From positions 1 to 53,242 of the IMG/VR virus record IMGVR_UViG_3300032073_005389: DNA of 53,242 nt. The stretch is one strand, 5' to 3'. Every line of letters starts with the position of its first letter. The stretch's first letter is position 1. Of the stretch, positions 18,234 to 27,380 are shown one piece after another. The translations under genes were made by a program, and so were the position numbers. The stretch comes from a virus. Taxonomy: Duplodnaviria > Caudoviricetes. Under the pieces are notes generated by a model, which was given only the letters and a program-made list of their open reading frames with translations, was not told the origin of the DNA and did not search any database.

Positions 18234-18686
18234 TCACTTACGAGACCTACTCTTCTTCCCCTTGCCTCTTTTCTTATTCTCTCCTCTTTTCTTTCTCGCC
18301 TCCATGGCTTTTTTCATAGCCGCCTTCTCATTGTCGCAAAGTTTACCATCTTTGTTTTTGTCGAATCTCTTTAATAGAGATACTTTAGATGTCTTGGATC
18401 TTTTAGGAGCTACCTTTTTTCTAAGCTCTGCATACTTTGCTTTTGCTTGAGTTGTAGTAAGCTTTCCAGCTTTAACTGCTTCTCTGATTTTTTTAGCAGC
18501 TTCAGCGTACTTCTTCCTAGCTTCAGCCGACACTTTATTCCTCTCTGGCTTCTTATCTTTACTTGCTTTAGCTTTGGTAGCTTTAGCTTTGGCAACCTTA
18601 TTTGTTTTTGAATGGTGATCAGCTTGTGTAGCGTTAACGCCTAACATTAAAACTGCCGTCATGATTAATATAATATATCTATTCAT
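18234..18686 (-). CDS. Exported Lys/Ala-rich protein with a single EF-hand-like motif
   Basis: Signal peptide; KIREAVKAGKLT..QA motif; FDKNKDGKLCDNE. Confidence 0.75.
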   Translation of the reverse strand: MNRYIILIMTAVLMLGVNATQADHHSKTNKVAKAKATKAKASKDKKPERNKVSAEARKKYAEAAKKIREAVKAGKLTTTQAKAKYAELRKKVAPKRSKTSKVSLLKRFDKNKDGKLCDNEKAAMKKAMEARKKRGENKKRGKGKKSRSRK

Positions 18687-18692
18687 AAATTT

Positions 18693-19208
18693 TTATTCTC
18701 CAGTATTATTACCATCAATTACTTCGTCTCTTTTGTTTTTAAACTCATCACGAATTTCTTTAATACGAGTCCTGACCTCTTCTCTATTACCTTTCATGCC
18801 TTCAAACCATTCTTTCCTAAGATCTTTAAGCTGGTCTCTGAGTCCGTCTTTATCGTCGTTCGAAGCATCTTTCATTTGCTTGTTTAAATCCTTTATTTTG
18901 GAATGATGTTCTTTGGCGGCAGAGGTAAAAGCTTCTCTAAGTTCTTTAACTTTTTCGTCATCTCTAACAAGTTTGCCGAACGCTTTACCTTTGTGATTTA
19001 GTTTGTTACCTTTCTTTTTTGAATCTTTATGATTCTTTTTACGTTTTTCAAAGGCGGCTTTAAGACGTTCTTTGATTTTTTCCTTATCAATCTTTTTTTC
19101 TGGTTTAGGGCGTTCCGGTTTCTCTTTATCTGGACGAGCTTCCGCTGTAGTAAGCGAAGCCACGAACAGAGCAATCAATCCAATTTTAAGAATATTTTTC
19201 ATGTTCAT
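18693..19208 (-). CDS. Exported Lys/Glu-rich coiled-coil protein
   Basis: Likely start at ATG 19208 after the TAGTGTAATT motif; signal peptide ending AEA. Confidence 0.75.
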   Translation of the reverse strand: MNMKNILKIGLIALFVASLTTAEARPDKEKPERPKPEKKIDKEKIKERLKAAFEKRKKNHKDSKKKGNKLNHKGKAFGKLVRDDEKVKELREAFTSAAKEHHSKIKDLNKQMKDASNDDKDGLRDQLKDLRKEWFEGMKGNREEVRTRIKEIRDEFKNKRDEVIDGNNTGE

Positions 19209-19211
19209 ATT

Positions 19212-19221
19212 AATTACACTA
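19212..19221 (-). promoter_or_regulatory. TAGTGTAATT motif copy 2
   Basis: Exact 10-mer 3 nt upstream of ATG 19208. Confidence 0.55.
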
Positions 19222-19307
19222 TTATTCAACATTTTCACCAAAACCAAACAGTATAGTCCTCTCCTTCGAAGTCCTCTGGTAATATATCGTAATGTTTTCT
19301 TTTCATA

Positions 19308-20327
19308 TTAAAAGTCATCCTCTAGCGATCCCGCTTGTTGGTATTCTCTAACCCGTCTCTCGAAAAAGTTACCCATTGCTTGTACGTCAACGACTTCCCC
19401 GAGCCACGGGAACGGGTTTTTGTCCGACGGAAACCTATATTCAAGCCCAATTCCTTCAAGTCTCCTATTACCGATATAATGCATGTAATCAACAAACATA
19501 TCAGCATTAAGACCAAGGATACCTCTAGGTAGTACATCATTAGCATAAGCGATTTCAAGCTCTACGGCTTTTTTAATATGACTAGTTATTTCTTCTTGAA
19601 AATTCTTAGTCCAAATTTTTGGGTTCTGTTCTATAATTTGATTAATAGCATAAGTGCCAAACTGAATATGAGAGCTTTCGTCTCTCAAGGTATACTTTAT
19701 TTGATCTGCGATACCCTGCATTTTATTTTGTCTTCCAAGAGCCAAAAGCATTGCAAACCCACTAAAGAAAAATATACCCTCGCAAACAATCCAGTAACTA
19801 ATAAAGTTTCTTAGAATCTCTTTCTTTCCTTCTTGCGTGTTTGGGTTAAAGTCCGCTCTACTTAGGTCGGTAGTGATTTCCATTAAGAAATCATCTTTAG
19901 CTTTGATTGATGGTATATTGATATACGCTTGATATACTTCGTCTATTTTAAGATCCAAAGAATCGCAAACGTAAACAATAGTAAGGTTATGAAGGCTCTC
20001 CTCAAACGCTTGTCGTAAAATATACTGCCTACACTCAGCATCAGTAATATAACGAAAGCCGCTAATAAGAAGGTTGTTACCAACAAGAGATTCGCTACCA
20101 GCAAAAAAGCCAAGCGAACGTTTGACCAAAAGCTTTTCATCATCTGTTATTTCTCCGTTTTTCCATTGTTTTATATCCTCTGCCATTGATATTTCTGTCG
20201 GCATCCAATTATTAGCGCAGCCTTTTAGAAATAAATCCCATGCGGTTTTATGTTTATGTGGAAGTATGCAGTTTACACCAGCAATATCTTTCCCTAATAC
20301 TTCTCCAGTTTTACTTTCCTTTTTCAT
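19308..20327 (-). CDS. nrdB: Ribonucleotide reductase small subunit, class Ic (R2c)-like
   Basis: LGFFAGSESLVGNN, EESLHNLTIVY, EGIFFFSGF, RDESSH, NFFERRVREY. Confidence 0.93.
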   Translation of the reverse strand: MKKESKTGEVLGKDIAGVNCILPHKHKTAWDLFLKGCANNWMPTEISMAEDIKQWKNGEITDDEKLLVKRSLGFFAGSESLVGNNLLISGFRYITDAECRQYILRQAFEESLHNLTIVYVCDSLDLKIDEVYQAYINIPSIKAKDDFLMEITTDLSRADFNPNTQEGKKEILRNFISYWIVCEGIFFFSGFAMLLALGRQNKMQGIADQIKYTLRDESSHIQFGTYAINQIIEQNPKIWTKNFQEEITSHIKKAVELEIAYANDVLPRGILGLNADMFVDYMHYIGNRRLEGIGLEYRFPSDKNPFPWLGEVVDVQAMGNFFERRVREYQQAGSLEDDF

Positions 20328-21088
20328 TTATAAAAAATTTCTCTCTGTTTGTTGAAGTCTCCTTCAAACTCTATGTTTCCTCTGTGTTTTAATTTAATAT
20401 CTGTTAGTGCGTATATTTTTCCTCCGCACTCCTGCCAAGTTTTACAAAACCCGTAATCTTCACTTTCATACTTTTTATTTTTTGGATTAACCCAACATCT
20501 AAAAAAATCATAAAAATCATCTCCGTAGCTCATGTATCCGTCAATATCATTGTTATATTTTAAATCGGGCTTGGTCTTTGCTATAGTGTTAAATACACTT
20601 GTTTTAATTAACATAAACCCAGTTGCTGCGTAGTTGACCTCTATTAAGTTTTCATTACTTTTAAAAACTTTATTATCAAACTCAGAAGAGAAATCTCCTA
20701 CTAATTCTCTCCAGAAAGCTGGCATCTGGCTGTACTTTTTTGAAAGAAATTGAATCTTTTGATTATTTATATATTTCTTTGGGTACAAACCAACTGCAAC
20801 ATCCTTATCTGCATCTATTAATTTAATTACATCATTAGCGTCAAAAATAACATCTGTATCTATAAACATTAAATAGTCATCTTTGTTTGATAGTGCGGCG
20901 GCTGCACTTGCATTTCTAGCTCTACTAATTAAGCTTTCAAACCAAATAGAGGGGCAGCTAACACTTATACCAAGCGCGGCTAACTTATTAACAAGATTAA
21001 TCATACCCATCATGTAGTTGCTATGAACCATTCCTCCATAAGCTATAACTGGCAGACTTATTTTCTTACCTTTATAACTTACTGACAT
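20324..21088 (-). CDS. GT-A fold glycosyltransferase-like phage protein
   Basis: ESLISRARN, LMFIDTD, GLYPKK, ATGFMLIK, YESEDYGFC..W...GG. Confidence 0.75.
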   Translation of the reverse strand: MSVSYKGKKISLPVIAYGGMVHSNYMMGMINLVNKLAALGISVSCPSIWFESLISRARNASAAAALSNKDDYLMFIDTDVIFDANDVIKLIDADKDVAVGLYPKKYINNQKIQFLSKKYSQMPAFWRELVGDFSSEFDNKVFKSNENLIEVNYAATGFMLIKTSVFNTIAKTKPDLKYNNDIDGYMSYGDDFYDFFRCWVNPKNKKYESEDYGFCKTWQECGGKIYALTDIKLKHRGNIEFEGDFNKQREIFYK

Positions 21089-23514
21089 GCTTCGCAAGCC
21101 TCCGGATTAGCGATTGAACAAGCTATTTGCTCTTCTTCTGTATATTCTTTCTTAGTTGACTTTTCAACTTTAGAAGCTCCTCTATTTCTTAAATAGTATG
21201 TAGTTTTTAATCCAGCTTCCCATGCAGCCATATAAATATCATTTAAATATTTTAAACTTGTTTCTTTATTGTAAAGATTAAATGAGACTCCTTGGTCAAT
21301 CCATTTCTGCCTTGCTGCATTACATTCAATAAGCTTGAACATATCTCTATCAAAAGCTGTTTTATACTTTTCAATATATTTTTCTGGTATATCTAAAAGA
21401 GTAACGTCTCCGTCTACGTCTTTTACTGCCTCTGCTAATTGAGGACTCCAAAGACCTTCTTTCTTCATGTCATTTACGAACTGCTCATTTGTTACGTAAA
21501 AATTACCACTCTTACATTCGTAAACAAACATTACCGAGAAGTTCGGTTCGATGCTCTGCTCCACACCGTTAATATAACCAATAGTGGCAGTAGGAGCAAT
21601 TGCCATAGTGTTACTATTTCTGATTCCATATTTTGTAATGTGTTCTCTTAAGCCTTCCCAATCTATATCTTCGCTTCCGACCTCTGTGGTTTTTTTACCT
21701 CGAAGCTTCATTAAATCATTATAAGTATCGATTGGTAATATATTCTTATCCCACAAAGAGCCAGAGTAAGTTTTGTAGCTTCCTTTTTCTTTAGCTAACT
21801 CACTCGATGCTAGAATAGCATTATAAGAAAAGAACTCTGTAAGCTCGTCAACAAACTTTACTGCTTCATCTGAATCGTACTGCACATCAAGAATCTGTAA
21901 TACGTCATGAGTAGCCATCATACCTAGACCAATAGGACGATGTTGCATATTCGAATTCCTAGCTTCTTCGGTAGGGTAGAAGTTTAAATCGATGACATTA
22001 TCAAGTATTCTGATAGCTGTCTTTACAGTAGAGGCCAAAAGCTCCCTGTCGATCCTTGGCTGCTTTGCTTCGCTAGGGATTCTAAGATGATTCTTAAGAT
22101 TGACAGAGCCAAGATTGCATACAGCAGTTTCGCCAATCTCCGTTTTAGTTCCGTTCTCATAACTAGATGGCTTTGTATGAAGAAGGATCTCCGTACAAAG
22201 GTTGGAACTATGTACTACACCTAAATGTTGGTTGCTGTAACGGATATTTGATGGATCTTTAAAGGTAATCCAAGGGTGAGAAGTCTCGAATAAAACCTTT
22301 AACATCTTTTTCCATAGATCTTTAGCGTTAATGGTGCGATAATTTGATAATTCTCCTTTATCTGCCTTTTCGCACATTTCATTGTAAACCTTCTCAAATT
22401 CCTGACCAAAAGTTTCATGTAAATCTTTACAATCAGATGGGCAAAACATATACCATTGTTCATTATTCTTGACCTTCTGCATGAACAAATCTGGAACCCA
22501 AGAAGCAGTATTCATATCGTGACAACGCAAACGGTCGTCACCTGTGTTGCGGCGCAGATTGAGAAAATCTTCAAAATCAAGATGCCAAGGTTCTAGATAT
22601 GCACATCCAGCCCCGGGCCTCTTTCCGCCTTGATTTACCGCGACAAGTGTGTCGTTGAGGATTTTGAGCCATGGCACAAGACCTCCAGAAATCCCGTTTG
22701 TGCCTTTGATATAAGCCCCAGAAGCACGAAAATTAGTAACGTCAAAGCCAAGACCTCCAGCGTACTTACTCTTTCTGGCTTCTTGCCAGACCCCTTCGAA
22801 TATTCCGTCAATGCTGTCATCGAATGTATTTAAATAACATGAACTTAATTGTGAGTGAGTTGTTCCACTGTTAAACAATGTAGGAGTGGATGGAGTATAC
22901 AACATATTACTAAATAAATTATAAAACTCAATTGCTCTCTCTTCTTTATTTTCTTCATTAATTGCTAACCCCATTGCTACTCTCATCCAGAAAGCTTGGG
23001 GAGTTTCCATTATCTTATTATTTACACGAATAAAGTATCTATCTATTAAAATTTGCAGACCTAAATATTTGAATAAAGAATCTCGTTCTGGCTGCATAGC
23101 TACTGAAAGCTTCTTTAAATCAAAATCCAGTAATTTTGCAGATAGAATGTCTTCTTTAACTAATTTTTTTATATTTAATACAAATGCTTTTTTATATTGT
23201 AAGTCAAAAGTATCGCTGTCTACGCTCTCCCTAAATACTTCCTTATATAGAGCGTTGGCAGCTAGCGCGGCAGCGACTTTGCTATAATTTGGTTCTTTTT
23301 CTATTTTTGCTCTAGCAGAAAGAATTAAAGCTTCATCTATCTCTTTGGTTGTTATCTTATCAAATAATTGTAATTGAGCATCTAAAATTACCTCGCTCGC
23401 TGAAACATTATTTCCGTCAATTCCTTCACAAGCCCTGTAAACGCACTTGTTTATTTTCTCTACATCAAAGTTCTCTAATTTTCCGTTTCTTTTCTTTACT
23501 TTAAGATTCTGCAT
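21079..23514 (-). CDS. nrdA: Ribonucleotide reductase large subunit with ATP cone
   Basis: VKKRNG ATP cone, TPTLFNSG, LSSCY, QGGKRPGA, SSNLCTEI, APTAT, KTTYYLR, C-terminal CEAC. Confidence 0.97.
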   Translation of the reverse strand: MQNLKVKKRNGKLENFDVEKINKCVYRACEGIDGNNVSASEVILDAQLQLFDKITTKEIDEALILSARAKIEKEPNYSKVAAALAANALYKEVFRESVDSDTFDLQYKKAFVLNIKKLVKEDILSAKLLDFDLKKLSVAMQPERDSLFKYLGLQILIDRYFIRVNNKIMETPQAFWMRVAMGLAINEENKEERAIEFYNLFSNMLYTPSTPTLFNSGTTHSQLSSCYLNTFDDSIDGIFEGVWQEARKSKYAGGLGFDVTNFRASGAYIKGTNGISGGLVPWLKILNDTLVAVNQGGKRPGAGCAYLEPWHLDFEDFLNLRRNTGDDRLRCHDMNTASWVPDLFMQKVKNNEQWYMFCPSDCKDLHETFGQEFEKVYNEMCEKADKGELSNYRTINAKDLWKKMLKVLFETSHPWITFKDPSNIRYSNQHLGVVHSSNLCTEILLHTKPSSYENGTKTEIGETAVCNLGSVNLKNHLRIPSEAKQPRIDRELLASTVKTAIRILDNVIDLNFYPTEEARNSNMQHRPIGLGMMATHDVLQILDVQYDSDEAVKFVDELTEFFSYNAILASSELAKEKGSYKTYSGSLWDKNILPIDTYNDLMKLRGKKTTEVGSEDIDWEGLREHITKYGIRNSNTMAIAPTATIGYINGVEQSIEPNFSVMFVYECKSGNFYVTNEQFVNDMKKEGLWSPQLAEAVKDVDGDVTLLDIPEKYIEKYKTAFDRDMFKLIECNAARQKWIDQGVSFNLYNKETSLKYLNDIYMAAWEAGLKTTYYLRNRGASKVEKSTKKEYTEEEQIACSIANPEACEACQ

Positions 23515-23566
23515 ATGTGTGGTATAATAATTACAGTTAATTTGGTTAACTGACCCAGAAAATACT

Positions 23567-23595
23567 ATTCTAACCTAAACTTTTTTTTAGGTCAA
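23567..23595 (-). promoter_or_regulatory. sigma70-type promoter for nrdA
   Basis: TTGACC-N17-TAGAAT. Confidence 0.7.
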
Positions 23596-26159
23596 GCAAT
23601 ATCCTTTAATTCTGACAATTTTGTGAATATTTTTTGACTTTGGATACCAATATCATCAATAAAAACACAATCGTCTCGCTTAGAACCCCTAATTATGACA
23701 ACATCGTCCTTAATTGGAGCCCTACCGTTTACAAGCTTACTCTCGTCTATCTTCTGATTAAACTGTAGACAAGTAACGTTGCCTGTCTCATCAGAGCAAA
23801 GCAAACGCATATATTCAGAACCTTTCTTAGATTTACCTTTGAAATAGTCGGCAATACTAGATATAAACACGACTCTCTCTCCGACTCTTCTGCTGTTTAC
23901 GTTATAAATACTCATTAAATTAGGTACTTGTTTAGAGTAAACCTCTTTAAGCGAATTAGCATGAGAATAACCTAATAACTTTTTCTCATAATACCAATTA
24001 GCTAAACTTTCAGATTTGCTATTCTGCATATAGATATCTTTATAAGGTTGGTATTTTTTCTTAATAGTCCCAAATCTTGATTCTTTAATATGCACTTTTC
24101 CGTTTTCGTCTTTCCTCTCTGTTAAGTCTTTTATAACTTTAACTAGATCAAAATCAAATTTTTCTCCAAGAGAATAGGCTATTCTTTTTTCTCTTTGGGT
24201 TAATAGGTTCCAAAGCTGAGCCTCTAAGACAATCTTACTTCTAGATTGAGAGAATCCTTCAAATGCTCCTGCTTGTATTAGAGCTGAGAGAACTCCTATT
24301 CCTACCTTAGCTTCACTTGCAGCTTGGAATACCTCAAACTTATTAGCAAAGTCAGATCTAAAGTTATTCAACTTCTCTATAGTCTTATCAGATATACCTT
24401 TGATAGACGTAAGTCCGTACCTAATATTCTCACCTTCAATAGAAAAATCCATTTTAGATTTAGTTATGTGAGGTGGGAGCAGTTTGATATCAAACAATCT
24501 AAGCTCAACTTGAATCTTGTTGATTTCTGCAAGAGGATCTGGTTCATGCTTTGTCATTTTAAGCAATGAAAGAAAGAACTCTTTAGGGTACTTAAATTTT
24601 AAGTAAGTCGTTATTGCAGCAAGAGCAGCGTAGCAAATAGAATGAGATTTATTGAAAGAGTAATTAGCTGAATCCTCTAACACTTTCCATAGAACATCTC
24701 CTACATCAGTTTTAAGTTTATTCTCTTTAACTTTTTCTGAGATCTTCTTCTTCCATTCTCTTACCTCTTTAACTTTCTTCTTGCCTACGATTCGTCTTAG
24801 AATCTCCGCTTCATCAAGAGTGAAACCAATTTTGTGAGCCATCTGCATCAACTGTTCTTGGTACAAAGCAACCCCACCAGACTTTTTGAGTATATCGTCA
24901 AATAAAGGATGAATAGGTTCATATACATCGTTATTTGAATAACTAGCATACTGATCTACAAAACCCAAAGCTCCCGGTCTACCTAGGGCTAAAACAGCAC
25001 TAAGCTCCTCTAAGCTCTTAGGCTTAACTTTCTGACAAACACGGTAGTTAGTGTCTGCTTCAATCTGAAAAAGGCCGTGAGGGGTTTCTAAGTCTTGAAG
25101 GCTCCTATATATAAAAGGATCGTCAAGATTAATATCAGTGATTTTAAGATTAACTTGCTTGCATACGTCATCAACTACTGAGACACTACGCAGACCAAGT
25201 ATATCAAGTTTAACATTAAATAAAGACACCCAGTTCATGTCATAAGACGATACTAAAGCTTTATCTGATGTTAATTCTACTGGACAACTATCCTGTAGTT
25301 CGTCATACGAGAGTAAGATACCAGAAGCGTGAACACTCTTATTTTTAATTAAGTTTCTTAACTTAAGTGAGATATCATAAGCTTCTTTGTTTTCTGAATC
25401 ATCTGCCCAGTCTCTAAACTCTGGCACTTCGTCATATGTTTCTTCAAGATCCTTTACTTGACCAAAGATTTTAGGTATGTATCCGGAAACAGTATTCATT
25501 TCTGTTTCACTTTTACTAGCTATAATCTTGCCGCATTCTTTTATTAAAAGCTTTCCACTTAGAGTATTAAGAGTCAGTATCTTAGCTGTCTTCCCTTTAA
25601 ATTTATTATCTATATACTCTAGAACTTCTTGTCTCTTGTAATAGCATACGTCATTATCAATATCAACCATTAGGTTTCCATCAAGATAAGTTACTCCATC
25701 TACAACTTGTTTTTTAGCTCTGATCTTCGAGATAAATCTTTCAAAGAATAAATCGTATTTTATTGGATCTAAGTTAGTGACTCCTAGAAGGAATAATACG
25801 AGACTACCAGCAGCGGAGCCACGACCTAGCCCAATCGGGATATCACTTTTCTTACAAAAATCAATAACGTCCCAAGTGAGAAGCATATAATCCACAAACC
25901 CTAGCTCTATCATTGTATTGAGCTCATGCTTAGCTCTGTCAGCGTATTCTTTGGCTTTAGAGGGGTCTATGTCCTTAGCTTCAACTTTGGTCTTGTAGCC
26001 TTCGTTGCAGAGCTTTTTTAGGATCGAGGCGTTGTCTTCGTCTTTATCTGCTCCTAGTCTATCTCTTAATGATTGACTCGCCTCAAAAGATGGAAGTCTT
26101 ACTCCGTGAAGAGGTAAATCAATTTTTTTAAATTTTTTAATAAAAGTCTCTGTTTTCAT
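23592..26159 (-). CDS. dnaE: DNA polymerase III alpha catalytic core (lacks PHP domain)
   Basis: GRGSAAGSLV, LFFERF, DIDND, HASG, KLDILGL, YQEQLM, YSFNKSH, C-terminal OB fold. Confidence 0.93.
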   Translation of the reverse strand: MKTETFIKKFKKIDLPLHGVRLPSFEASQSLRDRLGADKDEDNASILKKLCNEGYKTKVEAKDIDPSKAKEYADRAKHELNTMIELGFVDYMLLTWDVIDFCKKSDIPIGLGRGSAAGSLVLFLLGVTNLDPIKYDLFFERFISKIRAKKQVVDGVTYLDGNLMVDIDNDVCYYKRQEVLEYIDNKFKGKTAKILTLNTLSGKLLIKECGKIIASKSETEMNTVSGYIPKIFGQVKDLEETYDEVPEFRDWADDSENKEAYDISLKLRNLIKNKSVHASGILLSYDELQDSCPVELTSDKALVSSYDMNWVSLFNVKLDILGLRSVSVVDDVCKQVNLKITDINLDDPFIYRSLQDLETPHGLFQIEADTNYRVCQKVKPKSLEELSAVLALGRPGALGFVDQYASYSNNDVYEPIHPLFDDILKKSGGVALYQEQLMQMAHKIGFTLDEAEILRRIVGKKKVKEVREWKKKISEKVKENKLKTDVGDVLWKVLEDSANYSFNKSHSICYAALAAITTYLKFKYPKEFFLSLLKMTKHEPDPLAEINKIQVELRLFDIKLLPPHITKSKMDFSIEGENIRYGLTSIKGISDKTIEKLNNFRSDFANKFEVFQAASEAKVGIGVLSALIQAGAFEGFSQSRSKIVLEAQLWNLLTQREKRIAYSLGEKFDFDLVKVIKDLTERKDENGKVHIKESRFGTIKKKYQPYKDIYMQNSKSESLANWYYEKKLLGYSHANSLKEVYSKQVPNLMSIYNVNSRRVGERVVFISSIADYFKGKSKKGSEYMRLLCSDETGNVTCLQFNQKIDESKLVNGRAPIKDDVVIIRGSKRDDCVFIDDIGIQSQKIFTKLSELKDIA

Positions 26160-26794
26160 AGTTCTAATGCGTACTTTAATTTATTCCATACTTTAAGGTT
26201 TAATTCTAAATCTACTATTGCATTATGTAGCTTATCATAATCGTGTTCAATATTAAACTCTTTTCCTAAGAGTGTTAAGCTGCTTCTGATTCCTTTTCTC
26301 CTTGTGTTAACAATTCTATATTGATACTCAGTAAAGTCTTCTTCTGGTTTATATGGTATCTCCATCTTCACTCCTCTTGCTATGCAGTTAGTGTCTATTA
26401 ACTTAGGAACAAGAGGTTTATAATCTTCCCCAAACATTTTATACATCTCTTTAATTAAATATATGTCAAAACCTATAATGTTATGTCCAACAATATAATC
26501 AGCACCATCTAACCATTTTTTTATAGTGGGAAAAACTTCTTTAGGTTCTCTTCCGTTTTTTTGGACAAACTTGTCATCATATCTAGTTATCCTTTTTGCG
26601 TCTTCACTAATTTTAAAAGGGGTATCCCATTTTATATAAAAATCCTTCTCGTCTTTCTTATATGTACCATCTGTACTAATCATCGATATCTGCCAAGCTA
26701 CGTTATGGCAAAAGTTAAGGCAGAGGTTATATGTCTCGCAGTCAATAAAGACTACCTTTTTATCTTTTCTAAATCTGAGTAAATGTTCGTCCAT
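26156..26794 (-). CDS. DEDDh 3'-5' exonuclease (DnaQ/epsilon-like)
   Basis: FIDCET, VGHNIIGFD, IDT, LHNAIVD; ATGA overlap with dnaE. Confidence 0.88.
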   Translation of the reverse strand: MDEHLLRFRKDKKVVFIDCETYNLCLNFCHNVAWQISMISTDGTYKKDEKDFYIKWDTPFKISEDAKRITRYDDKFVQKNGREPKEVFPTIKKWLDGADYIVGHNIIGFDIYLIKEMYKMFGEDYKPLVPKLIDTNCIARGVKMEIPYKPEEDFTEYQYRIVNTRRKGIRSSLTLLGKEFNIEHDYDKLHNAIVDLELNLKVWNKLKYALEL

Positions 26795-26798
26795 GTTA

Positions 26799-27380
26799 TT
26801 AAATACTTTTAAAATTTGTTCTGAAAAATAAATGTGTTAAATCTAACTTACTTTCTTTTTTTCTTTGTGGGTTCTTCCTGTTGTTTGATTCGTTTGACCA
26901 TCTTAGATTTACTGGCCTCCAATCTAAATACTGCCAACCAGCGCTTATGTCAAGGGGGTTCCAATTAAAAGCTTCATAGATTTTGTATATGATATCTTCG
27001 TTGTTTTCGTTAATATGATCTACTATAATTTGTGATCCGGGCTTTGAGTTTTTATGAAAGCAAAGGCTTACTAATTTATGGATAGCTATTGTAACACCAC
27101 CGGGACTAACGGCAGGATATTGATTTCTATTTGGGCCTATAGATAAGACCTCGTTTTTTTTGACATTTTTAACATACGGCATACAAGATAGCTTTGGGTG
27201 ACCTTTTGGATAAATAAAAAAAGTATCAATATCTATTTTATTTAACTTCTTTATCAATCTGTTTCCTTCTTTAGAGTTTATGTCTCCACCTTTATATTTT
27301 ATACTTATTTTAGATATATCAAAACCTCCTTCTTGGGCTTCGACTTTATCGTAGTTTGAAAAAAGCTCTAGCTGCTCCAT
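26799..27380 (-). CDS. Free-standing HNH homing endonuclease-like protein
   Basis: YPAVS....IAIHKLV...F, IVDHINEN, DWRPVNLRW....NN; TAATG overlap with the PHP gene. Confidence 0.7.
   Translation of the reverse strand: MEQLELFSNYDKVEAQEGGFDISKISIKYKGGDINSKEGNRLIKKLNKIDIDTFFIYPKGHPKLSCMPYVKNVKKNEVLSIGPNRNQYPAVSPGGVTIAIHKLVSLCFHKNSKPGSQIIVDHINENNEDIIYKIYEAFNWNPLDISAGWQYLDWRPVNLRWSNESNNRKNPQRKKESKLDLTHLFFRTNFKSI

Noticed and set aside
18234-18686. Histone-like (Hc1/Hc2) DNA-binding protein
   Set aside because: Lys/Ala-rich, but it has a clear signal peptide and an EF-hand-like loop, so it is probably exported
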